The notes beneath the pieces are model-generated. The model saw only the letters and a program-made list of their open reading frames with translations. It did not search any database and had not been told where the DNA came from. A program made the position numbers and the translations under genes. 64,000 nucleotides of DNA from Myxococcota bacterium. Its GTDB lineage: Bacteria > Myxococcota > UBA4151. The stretch lies in contig JAYZBQ010000048.1 of assembly GCA_036338695.1 (NCBI GenBank), forward strand, positions 32,001 through 96,000, in the 5' to 3' direction. Positions 8,827 through 17,185 of the stretch are shown one piece after another; the first letter of the stretch is position 1; each line of letters begins with the position of its first letter.

Positions 8827-11800
8827 TTGTCGTCCTCATCATCGCCGGCGGGAGCAGGCGCCTCCTCGGAGCGCTCCTCTGCAGCCTTCTGATCCGCAGC
8901 CACCTGATCAGGCGTCGGCACATCAGACGGGGTAACTTCGACCGCTGGCTGCTCTTCAGCGCCACCGGCGGCCGGGCCGGCGGGATCATCCGACTTGTCT
9001 TCGGGCTTGTCTTCCGACTTCTCTTCCGACTTCTCTTCCGACTTCTCTTCCAACTTCTCTTCCGACTTCTCTTCCGACTTCTCTTCCGACTTCTCTTCCG
9101 ACTTCACTTCGGACTTGTCTTCCGACGGCTCGGCTGCTGCCGGCGCAGGTTCTGGCGCAGGCGGCGTGCGATAAGCGACAGGCTGCGCAAACAGCGCACC
9201 CGGAAGCAACGCCTCAAGCCCTGAAGTGATCGCCTCCTTCTCGATCGGCCACTCATCACGGGCGTACCGATTCAGGCTCTGAAGGGCGCGCTTTGTCCAA
9301 TCGTTGCGGAATTTCTTCTTACGCGCCTCGGTGACCAACTGTCCGTACTTCTGCACGGCGCGCTGCTCGAAAGGCTCAGCCTGCTGCTCGAGCAACACCT
9401 TCCACTCGTCCATCATAATGTCGTCGTTTCGAAACTGACGAGGGACCGGCGCGTTGTAGAGTTTCTCAGCGAAGTTCTCCCAAATCGACCCGATGCGATA
9501 CGAAGCCGCTAGCGTCCAATCAAAGTGCTGATACTGGAAGATATCGAGATACTTTTTCTCAAGGTTGTTCGCCCACTCAAACTTCTCTTTGATGCGCTTT
9601 TGCAGCTTCTTGGCGAGCTCAACATCCTTACGAGCCTGCACACCAAAATCGAGCGCAGCGTATTCCTCAAACTCCGCCTCGAGCTGCCTGAAGTGCGCCT
9701 TGGCAGCGTAGGCCGCTTCGACGCTCTGAGGCAGAAAGCCGCGCTTGCGGTATTCTTCGAGCGTCTTGTCGACAAACTTATCGACCTTTTTACGCGCCGA
9801 TTTGACAGACCGCGTCCAGCGGCGGCGCTGCGCACGGGATTTCGGCGGCTTCGACTTGATCGTCACCAGATCATCCCAGAGCTGATCGCTCAACTTGGAG
9901 TAGATCTGAACCACGCGACCGCCCTGCTCTTTGATGCCACCATACTTGCGAATGAACTCATCGAAGGTGCGTTTCATGCGGCGGCTGTCCTTAGCCTGCT
10001 CCCACACGAGCGCCGAGTTGAAGAACACCTCGGGTACATCCGGGCGATCCTTGAAGAGCTTGGTGTATTTCTGAAAGGTCAACGCGGCGCGCTTGAACTG
10101 CTCCGTGCTCTGCAGCGCAACAGCGGCATTATACAGGGCGTCTGCTCGATCCGGGAAGTCTTTGTAGTCCGACACCAGCTTCAAATAGAGCGAGATGGCG
10201 CGATCAAACTCGAACCCTTCATACGCCGTAGATGCCACGTTGAAGAGCGCCTTCGCAGCGAGCTCTTTGTCTTCGGGGTACTCTTTGAAGACCCGCTCGT
10301 AGAGCTGCCCTGCGGATAAGAACCGCTTGAGCTCAGCCATCGACTGAGCAGCCGAGTAGAGCGCTTTGGCGGCGAACTGATTCTTGGGGTCCTCTTTGAC
10401 CAAGCGAAGGAACTCGTCATGTGCGAGCTGGAACTCTTTTTTCCCAAAGGCGGCGACAGCTTGCTTGTACACCGCCCCTGCGGCGCTCTTGCTCATCTGC
10501 TCCTTGAACTCTTCGTTGTCCTTGCCCACCCCAATTTTGAGCATCCGTCGACACCAGGCCTCAACGTTCTTCCAATCCTCTTTGGCAGAGTAGTCGTTGA
10601 GGACCCAGCGTGCGGCGTCCACCGCGCCTTCGGACGAAGGGAAGGTGTCGATCAACTTACGGTACCATTTATCCGCCTTTTCTTGGTGCGAATACTGGGC
10701 GTAGATCGTGGCGGCGTTGAAGTAGAAGCGAGGCGTATCTTCGGTGTTTGGGTTCGACTTGATGTAACGCATCGACGCATCGATCAAACGCACCAGCAAC
10801 CTCGGGATCTCTTGCGGCGTCTCCGCTGGAGGCGGTGGCTCAGGTAAGGTGCCTTTTTGCGTCTGTGAGTCCACCTCGGCTTGGAGGTTCAAGAACGCTC
10901 GATAGGCAGCGTCCTCACGAAACTTGCTGTTCTTTTTGTCGTCACGCACCAACTCGAAGACGTCCGCCGCCTTGAGGAACTGCACGGACATCGTGTACCC
11001 GATCCCGAGGTAGTAATTGTATTCATAGAGGTTGGGGTCATAAGGGAAGCGCTCGATGTAATCTTTAAGCATCTTCGAGGCGACCCGAGCTTCCTCGGAT
11101 GCCAGCGCCACCTTCTCTTCCTGAAAGTACTTCTGCGCCAGCTCAAGGCGAAATAAGGCCGATGAGATCAGCGCATCCTGGGCGAGCTTCATCGCCTTTC
11201 GAATCACCGACGGTCGGTTTTTGTTCGCCTCCTGCCACTCGGTGCCCGGTCCGTATGTGGTGAACAGCGCCTCGCGCGCAGCGGCACCCTCAGCGAGCTT
11301 TTCGCGCCCGAGTTGATCGTAGGCAGCGATGATGTTCATCGCCACGTTCGGATTCTCTGGATGCATCGGGTCAAGCTCGATCACGCGCTTGGCGATCGGC
11401 ACATACTTCTGCCACGCCGCCTGATCGAAGAGAACCTTGGCGACCTCGAGATACACCTCTCGCTGGTAAGGGCGCGCCCCCACCGCAGCGAACATCTGCT
11501 CGAGGCGATCACCTGCGGAGACCTCTGGCGGGGTGATCCCCTTGGCGTCGTACTCATCCATGATCTCAGCTTGACGCTCGTCATACAGCTCATCTTGCGC
11601 CACGACCGCCTTACATTGATCGAGCGTCTCGCCGGTCGCCGGGCGCCCCCAACCTTGCTCAACAGCGGCCACGGCGACGTACTGCAAGGCTTCTGTCCGA
11701 AGGTCTGAGCCGCTCTCGCCCGTCTCTTGAGCCTTTTTATCAGCGTAGTCGATCAGCTCGATGAAGCGCTTGTACGCTGCGTCAAAACGGTCGAGGCGGT

Positions 11801-12746
11801 AGTGCGTCCAGGCGACCTTGTAGAGCGCTTTGTCGTACCAGCTCGAGCTCGGGTCATTGAGGACCCGGCGGTAGGCGTCAAGCGCCTCACAGAGCCGGTC
11901 TTCGGTGAAGTGGTTTTCACCGATTCGCAGCCAGACCTCAGGGACAAACTTGCTCTGCGGGTAGTTCGCTACAAGCTGCTCGTAGTTGCTCAAGCTGCGC
12001 TCAAACTCTCCGGTCTCTTCCAAACAAAACGCCAGCAGGTACTGGACGCCGTCGTTCTGCTCGAACTTGGGAAACCGCTTGAGGATGGTCTCGTAGAGCT
12101 TGATGCTCTTAGCGAGGTCCAGCACCGGCGCCTCAGGCTCTTTGCCGATCTTCTTTTCCTCAAAGAGCTCAAGCTGACGCGCGAATTCTTCGTCGGCGTC
12201 GTTGTAGTCGTACTTAGCTTGTTCAAAATACAACTCAGCGAGGCGGAACATAGCCTGCGGCGAATACTCGGCGTCGTAAGCATACCGACTCACAAAGCGC
12301 TCGAAGGCGGCGATGGCGCTCTTACGGCGCTCAGCCTCACGCCGCTCGAGCTCTCCGATTCGCTGCTCGAAATCGATATCAATTCGGCGCATCCGCGCGT
12401 CGCGCTTGCGCTTGATGGTCGCCATGATCTCGGCGTTAAACTCATCAGAGACCTTCTTGAAACGAGCGACGGTCTCTTCGAACTCTTTCTTCGCCTTCTC
12501 TTTCGCAAGCTCCTCAGGTGACTTCTGCTGAGCGGCAGCAGCAGCAGCGCCAGCTTCCGGCGGGTCGTCACTGCTCTGGGTCGCCTGCTTCGCCGACTCA
12601 CCTTCCGCCTTAGCGGTCTTCGCGCCTGACGGCTCTGAGTCTGCAGCCGCCCGAGCAGCCGGCGCCTCGCTCGGCTGATCTTGACCTTGGGCGACCACCT
12701 GAGCCGCCACGAGACCAACCGTCATCAGCGCGAGCCAGCGGGTCAC
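8823..12746 (-). CDS. Large periplasmic TPR protein (GltD/AgmU-like)
   Basis: Signal peptide, many TPRs ([36 protein letters not shown]), C-terminal LYNAPVP motif, position upstream of the gltE/gltF-like genes. Confidence 0.8.
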   Translation of the reverse strand: MTRWLALMTVGLVAAQVVAQGQDQPSEAPAARAAADSEPSGAKTAKAEGESAKQATQSSDDPPEAGAAAAAAQQKSPEELAKEKAKKEFEETVARFKKVSDEFNAEIMATIKRKRDARMRRIDIDFEQRIGELERREAERRKSAIAAFERFVSRYAYDAEYSPQAMFRLAELYFEQAKYDYNDADEEFARQLELFEEKKIGKEPEAPVLDLAKSIKLYETILKRFPKFEQNDGVQYLLAFCLEETGEFERSLSNYEQLVANYPQSKFVPEVWLRIGENHFTEDRLCEALDAYRRVLNDPSSSWYDKALYKVAWTHYRLDRFDAAYKRFIELIDYADKKAQETGESGSDLRTEALQYVAVAAVEQGWGRPATGETLDQCKAVVAQDELYDERQAEIMDEYDAKGITPPEVSAGDRLEQMFAAVGARPYQREVYLEVAKVLFDQAAWQKYVPIAKRVIELDPMHPENPNVAMNIIAAYDQLGREKLAEGAAAREALFTTYGPGTEWQEANKNRPSVIRKAMKLAQDALISSALFRLELAQKYFQEEKVALASEEARVASKMLKDYIERFPYDPNLYEYNYYLGIGYTMSVQFLKAADVFELVRDDKKNSKFREDAAYRAFLNLQAEVDSQTQKGTLPEPPPPAETPQEIPRLLVRLIDASMRYIKSNPNTEDTPRFYFNAATIYAQYSHQEKADKWYRKLIDTFPSSEGAVDAARWVLNDYSAKEDWKNVEAWCRRMLKIGVGKDNEEFKEQMSKSAAGAVYKQAVAAFGKKEFQLAHDEFLRLVKEDPKNQFAAKALYSAAQSMAELKRFLSAGQLYERVFKEYPEDKELAAKALFNVASTAYEGFEFDRAISLYLKLVSDYKDFPDRADALYNAAVALQSTEQFKRAALTFQKYTKLFKDRPDVPEVFFNSALVWEQAKDSRRMKRTFDEFIRKYGGIKEQGGRVVQIYSKLSDQLWDDLVTIKSKPPKSRAQRRRWTRSVKSARKKVDKFVDKTLEEYRKRGFLPQSVEAAYAAKAHFRQLEAEFEEYAALDFGVQARKDVELAKKLQKRIKEKFEWANNLEKKYLDIFQYQHFDWTLAASYRIGSIWENFAEKLYNAPVPRQFRNDDIMMDEWKVLLEQQAEPFEQRAVQKYGQLVTEARKKKFRNDWTKRALQSLNRYARDEWPIEKEAITSGLEALLPGALFAQPVAYRTPPAPEPAPAAAEPSEDKSEVKSEEKSEEKSEEKSEEKLEEKSEEKSEEKSEDKPEDKSDDPAGPAAGGAEEQPAVEVTPSDVPTPDQVAADQKAAEERSEEAPAPAGDDEDDK
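8992..9126. repeat. 12-bp in-frame tandem repeat (GACTTCTCTTCC, about 11 copies, 6 perfect; SEEK)
   Basis: Read directly; same unit as the 7115-7156 array. Confidence 0.9.
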
Positions 12747-15088
12747 TTATTCGCCCCCTGCTCACCGAGCGCCTCATCAAACTGCTCGCGAATCCGGACC
12801 ATCTCACGCTCTTTGGCGCGGCCGAGCTTGGTGATCCCTTGTGTCTCGGTCTCTTTTTGCTCCCAAGCGACGTCGATCTTTCCGACGTCGGCGTTGCGGA
12901 TGATCGTGTAAAACTTGCGGCTCACGTTCCCTAGCGTTGCGCCCACGGCACCCACCGCGCTGCGCTCAGCCTGTTTGGCGAGTGCTTGCTCTTCGGCGCG
13001 CAACCCCTTCAAGCGGGCTTGCTCGACCATGACACGCCCCCGCAGGTTCCCGGCCTCATTCGACACCACCGTCTCGAGCTCTCGCAAAACCTTGTCGACC
13101 TGCTGTTGCGCGCGCCCAACGCGCTCACGCACCGCATCGAGGTTGCGGATGTCAGCCACGTTCTCACCCGTCAGGCGTGAGCGGAGCTGATTCGCTGCGT
13201 CGCGCTCTTTAGCGAGCGCCTGGCGGAATTCAGCGCGCAACGCAAACTCGTCACTGCCGGCGCCTGCGCCAACACCCGACTCCTCGGCTTCAATCTCCAC
13301 CTTGAGGCGGTCTGCGATGCGCTCCATATCGATGATCATGTCGCGAAGCACCGGAACGTTCACTTGGAAGAACCCGAGCTCTTCTCGGTTTAGGTTCCCC
13401 TTTTGACGACGTCCGGCGACGTATTGATCGACCGCAGCGATCGTCTTCTTGAACCCTTTGAGCTCGAGCCTAAGTCGAAACAACCGCTGCTTGAGCGCGC
13501 CCAGGCGTTGCGACACCGACGCCACCCGCTCGGTCCGAGCCTTGAGTGTCGGCGGCAGCTTGTCGACCTGAGCCTGTAGCCGCAAACGCTCCGCCCGCAG
13601 CGCATCGAGCTCTTGGGTGTTGAGGCCCTCTTTACGTAAGATCAACATCTCGAGATCGAGCAGCCGCCGCTCACAGTCGGCTGCGAGCGCGCCGACCTCG
13701 ACCGCACGACCTTGCTGATCAGCCAGCGTCGGGAACATGTTAATGCGGCGCTCACCCTCGATGCGGCCGAGGATCTTCTCGATCAGCTCGTCCGCCTCCG
13801 CGAGATCTCGCTCGCCACGTTGCAGCTCAGTAAACAAACGAACAGCCCCGTCGAGGTCTCCGTCCTCGCGTGCCCAATCGAGCGCCACCGGCGGCAGCAA
13901 ACTCTCAGCGGAGAGTTTATCTAGACCGGTTGCGATGATCTCCCGAAAGTAACGCATGGGGTCACCGCGCTCACGAATAATGCGGCGAAGCTCGACGTGC
14001 CCAGGCTCGTAGTCCTTGACCACCTGATCAAACGCTTTGACCGCCAGCCCGTACTGCTTGAGACGCAGGTGCAGGTTACCGAGCAACACCTTAGCCTCGG
14101 GCACAACCGGGGAGTGGGGGTTACTCGCCAACAGAATCTCGACCGCTCGGACCGCCTTTTTGTACTGCAGATCTTTCTCTTCGACGTCCTCTTTACCCTC
14201 GGCGCTTTTGACGTACGCCCAGGTAATCTCGAACAACATCTCGTCAAAGTACTTCGAGCGGTGATCGATGCTCTGATACGCATCGATGCTCGACTCGATA
14301 TCGCCCGTCTCGTAATAGACACGCCCTCGCGCCAGGTGCGTTAGCTCTCGGATTTCCTTCTGAGCGTCCGTCGACGGAACAAACTTCAACAGCGAGTCGA
14401 ACACCCGAGCCGCATCGTCGAGCTTACCCAGCGCCGCAAGCGCCACCCCCGTGGCGTAGGTTGCGTGGTGCTGAAATGCACCCTGAGAGACCCTCTTGAG
14501 GCGCTCGATTGCGCCGGCGTAGTCGCCGCCATGAATCAACGATTTTCCATAGAAATAGTCGACTTGCGGTGGGATGCGCCCGCCGCTCGCCTGTTGATAG
14601 GCGGCGAACGCTTTGCCCACCTCATCAAACTCCGCGCGCCCACCAGCGATCTCGATCAACCGCAAAATGGAGGGCGTCAGATGTTTGGAGCGCCCCGCCT
14701 CAACCAGGCGCTTGAAGTAAATACGAGCCGCCGATCCGTTGCCATCTTGAAACAAAGACTCCGCTAAGAAGTAGACCGCATCGGCGTAGCGCGGGTCGCC
14801 CTTGAGCTTGGGGTCTTCAACTAAATCAAAGAGCACAACTGCGGCGTTGCGGTAGTCCTTGAGCAGATAGAGGACCTCGCCGTTCTCGAGCCGAGCCTTG
14901 CGCCCGCGCTCCTCAACACCCATCGACTTCTTGCGAAACTGCTGCTCGATGAACTGGGCGCGTCCAGCGACCTCGTCGGCCATCCCGGACACCTCGCGCA
15001 AGCTTTCCTTGACCGACGGTTCTGCGCCGGCTTCCACACTAACTGCCGTGGTGAGAGTGAGGAGCGCCAGCCCCGAGACACGCAACAT
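12743..15088 (-). CDS. Secreted TPR + coiled-coil protein
   Basis: Signal peptide, N-terminal TPRs (AVYFLAESLFQ), long C-terminal coiled coil ending ADVGKIDVAWE; 4-nt overlap with the gltD-like gene. Confidence 0.75.
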   Translation of the reverse strand: MLRVSGLALLTLTTAVSVEAGAEPSVKESLREVSGMADEVAGRAQFIEQQFRKKSMGVEERGRKARLENGEVLYLLKDYRNAAVVLFDLVEDPKLKGDPRYADAVYFLAESLFQDGNGSAARIYFKRLVEAGRSKHLTPSILRLIEIAGGRAEFDEVGKAFAAYQQASGGRIPPQVDYFYGKSLIHGGDYAGAIERLKRVSQGAFQHHATYATGVALAALGKLDDAARVFDSLLKFVPSTDAQKEIRELTHLARGRVYYETGDIESSIDAYQSIDHRSKYFDEMLFEITWAYVKSAEGKEDVEEKDLQYKKAVRAVEILLASNPHSPVVPEAKVLLGNLHLRLKQYGLAVKAFDQVVKDYEPGHVELRRIIRERGDPMRYFREIIATGLDKLSAESLLPPVALDWAREDGDLDGAVRLFTELQRGERDLAEADELIEKILGRIEGERRINMFPTLADQQGRAVEVGALAADCERRLLDLEMLILRKEGLNTQELDALRAERLRLQAQVDKLPPTLKARTERVASVSQRLGALKQRLFRLRLELKGFKKTIAAVDQYVAGRRQKGNLNREELGFFQVNVPVLRDMIIDMERIADRLKVEIEAEESGVGAGAGSDEFALRAEFRQALAKERDAANQLRSRLTGENVADIRNLDAVRERVGRAQQQVDKVLRELETVVSNEAGNLRGRVMVEQARLKGLRAEEQALAKQAERSAVGAVGATLGNVSRKFYTIIRNADVGKIDVAWEQKETETQGITKLGRAKEREMVRIREQFDEALGEQGANK

Positions 15089-15094
15089 GGTGGG

Positions 15095-15892
15095 TCAATT
15101 CCCCTTGGCGACCGGCTTATCAGCCTGCTCTTTCCTCTGGGAGCGGGCTGTGTCCTTCATCACGTCGACGTCATAGCGGACGGTCGGACGCTCTCGCAGG
15201 TCCGTCGTGATCCCGCCACGCTCATAACCGACCACCTTAATCTCGGTGAACTTTCCCTCCTCCGCTGAGAAGGTGTAGCTCGAGCGGATCTTGAAGCGAT
15301 AGCCCTTGAGATACGAGAAGATCCCGTAGCCATTCCCAGCATAGACCAGGTTAACCGACAGCTGGTGGTTACCCGGCACGATCTGCCCTTGAAACAGCTC
15401 GATCTCTTTCTGATCCGCTAAGCTGCCGTCTAGGTTGGACATCTGCTTCAGCGGCGCGCCGTCTAGAAAGTAATGCGCCTCCTGAAGCTTGAAGGTCGAG
15501 CCCATCTCGTTGCGATGAACGAGTCGAGCACGCGCCCCGCTCACCACGCCATGCATGACCGCTTCTTGCAGCCGGACGAGCCGCGCTTTGCTCTGGTAGA
15601 TGCGCATCTTGAGCTGATTGACTCGCTCCTCAAGGTCACGGACCCGGACGTCGTAGGCGTCTTCGTCTGCCTCATCATCGCCGTCGCTCGGCTCCGCCTC
15701 ATCGGCGGGCTGCTCCTCGACAGCTGGAGGTTGAGCCTCCGCTGGAGCCGGGTCAGCAGCCGCTTCTGCCTCGGCGCTCGCAGCGCCCTCAGCCGCCGGC
15801 TCGCCCGCACCGTCCTCGCCCGCTTGCGCCCACGCGAACGCCGGCGCGAACAACAGCGCCACCACCAGTCCTGCCCGAACCATTCGATTCAT
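15095..15892 (-). CDS. Secreted protein: acidic linker, coiled coil, beta-sandwich-like domain
   Basis: Likely start MNRMVRAGLVVALLFAPAFAWA at 15892 behind GGGAG; VRDLEERVNQLKMRIYQSKARL coiled coil; beta-rich C-terminus. Confidence 0.65.
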   Translation of the reverse strand: MNRMVRAGLVVALLFAPAFAWAQAGEDGAGEPAAEGAASAEAEAAADPAPAEAQPPAVEEQPADEAEPSDGDDEADEDAYDVRVRDLEERVNQLKMRIYQSKARLVRLQEAVMHGVVSGARARLVHRNEMGSTFKLQEAHYFLDGAPLKQMSNLDGSLADQKEIELFQGQIVPGNHQLSVNLVYAGNGYGIFSYLKGYRFKIRSSYTFSAEEGKFTEIKVVGYERGGITTDLRERPTVRYDVDVMKDTARSQRKEQADKPVAKGN

Positions 15893-15936
15893 CGCAATCT
15901 CCCAGCCTCGAGCGGACACTCCGCACGGGTACCAGA

Positions 15937-15949
15937 GCCTATTATAGGC
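15937..15949 (-). promoter_or_regulatory. Perfect TATAAT -10 hexamer inside an inverted repeat, upstream of the motor cluster
   Basis: Minus strand reads GCCTATAATAGGC; no good -35 element at 17 nt. Confidence 0.3.
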
Positions 15950-15976
15950 CCTCGGTCCTGTATAGCGGTGATGCAC

Positions 15977-16417
15977 CTACGAGAAAAGATTCTCAATTTC
16001 CTCATCCGTTATCGGCGAACCCATGCTGCGGTGCTCTTGGGAGCCGAGCAGACCCGACAACCGGTCGACCAGCGTAGCCAGTCGCCAGCGCACGACCCCT
16101 AAGGTCGTCCGATCATCAAATACAACCACCGCCGTGTAGCCGGGTTTCACGCTTGCGGCGAGCAGCTTAACCGCTCCCGCGTCGATGCACAGACTCTCCA
16201 CGCGATCCGGCCCAAGAGGGCGCATTAAGCCCTGCGCGCTGGCGAGCGCACCGGCCAGAGAGGCCGCGAAGCGACCGGGATCAACCCGGAAAAGATCACC
16301 GCTGATCGCCAGCGATGCGCCGGAGCGCTCGCAGAGCTGAACACCTACCGCCAAAGCCTCTCGAACAAAGGCGTCGAGGGCCTCTTGGATCTGCAACTGT
16401 GCGTGCTCAGAACCCAA
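15977..16417 (-). CDS. mglB: Roadblock/LC7 protein, divergent MglB homolog
   Basis: VVVFDDRTTLGVVRWR and C-terminal SPITDEEIENLFS match the MglB pattern (VVIFDNRTSLGLVRLR..DDDIDNLFS, recalled from M. xanthus MglB). Confidence 0.75.
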   Translation of the reverse strand: MGSEHAQLQIQEALDAFVREALAVGVQLCERSGASLAISGDLFRVDPGRFAASLAGALASAQGLMRPLGPDRVESLCIDAGAVKLLAASVKPGYTAVVVFDDRTTLGVVRWRLATLVDRLSGLLGSQEHRSMGSPITDEEIENLFS

Positions 16418-16444
16418 TGCTTCTCCGACCTACGAACTGTAAAC

Positions 16445-16531
16445 TGGTACTGGAGGTGGGACTCGAACCCACACGTTGTCACCAACGCCGGATTTTGAAT
16501 CCGGTGCGTCTACCAATTCCGCCACTCCAGC
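16445..16531 (-). tRNA. tRNA-Leu(CAA)
   Basis: GCTGGAG..CTCCAGT-A-CCA acceptor stem, TGGTAGA D-loop, CCGGA-TTCAAAA-TCCGG anticodon arm, long variable arm, GGTTCGAGTCC T-arm, encoded CCA. Confidence 0.97.
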
Positions 16532-16563
16532 CTTGTCGCTTGCCGCCTCGCTCTGTGGCTTAT

Positions 16564-17184
16564 TTATGCGCCCCCTTGCAAGCTTTCTGTCGTGGTCGAC
16601 TCGTCTTCCGCAAGCGCCGCCTCGAGCTCGGCTTGGTGCTGCTTGATCCGTCGCTCCTCGCGACCGCCCAAGAGCAAGACGAGGATGCCGCCGCAGACAA
16701 TTGCCGAGTCCGCCACATTGAAGGTCGGGAAGGTGTAGCTTGGATTGATCCCACGCAGGTGCCAATCGATGAAATCGACCACATAACCAAGGCGCACACG
16801 ATCGATCAGGTTGCCCAGCGCACCACCGAGGATGAGACCGAGACTGACCTGCATGATTTTAGCCTCAGGGCCGAGCCGCTTAAGCCAGATGAGGACCCCG
16901 ACGATCGCGCCCACGCTCACGGCGATCAGGAGCGGCATCCGGATCCATTCTGGGATCGACTGCGTCAGGCTAAATGCCGCCGCACGGTTCTCCGCGTAGC
17001 GAAACCAAAACCATGAATCGATCACCTTGATGAAGCCATCAGGCGTGCGCGCCCAGCCGTACTGAGCCCAAGCTTCTGCTCGACTCAAGCGCTCCAGCGC
17101 CCACAGCTTCGACCATTGGTCCAGCGCCGCAATGACCACCAGAAGGGTGAGCGGACGCGTGTAAATCTTTCCAAGGTTTCCCAT
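16564..17184 (-). CDS. lspA: Lipoprotein signal peptidase II
   Basis: DQWSK, NRAAAFS, GGALGNLIDRVRLGYVVDFI and FNVADSAI motifs; start taken as the ATG 1 nt after the secA stop. Confidence 0.95.
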   Translation of the reverse strand: MGNLGKIYTRPLTLLVVIAALDQWSKLWALERLSRAEAWAQYGWARTPDGFIKVIDSWFWFRYAENRAAAFSLTQSIPEWIRMPLLIAVSVGAIVGVLIWLKRLGPEAKIMQVSLGLILGGALGNLIDRVRLGYVVDFIDWHLRGINPSYTFPTFNVADSAIVCGGILVLLLGGREERRIKQHQAELEAALAEDESTTTESLQGGA

Positions 17185-17185
17185 C

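Noticed and set aside
7115..9126. CRISPR array or frameshift phase-variation tract
   Set aside because: Units are 12 or 15 bp, have no spacers, are multiples of three and lie inside coding frames.
16445..16531. tRNA-Leu as a genomic island attachment site
   Set aside because: I noticed no integrase, no duplicated tRNA 3' end and no compositional shift; the flanks are core genes.
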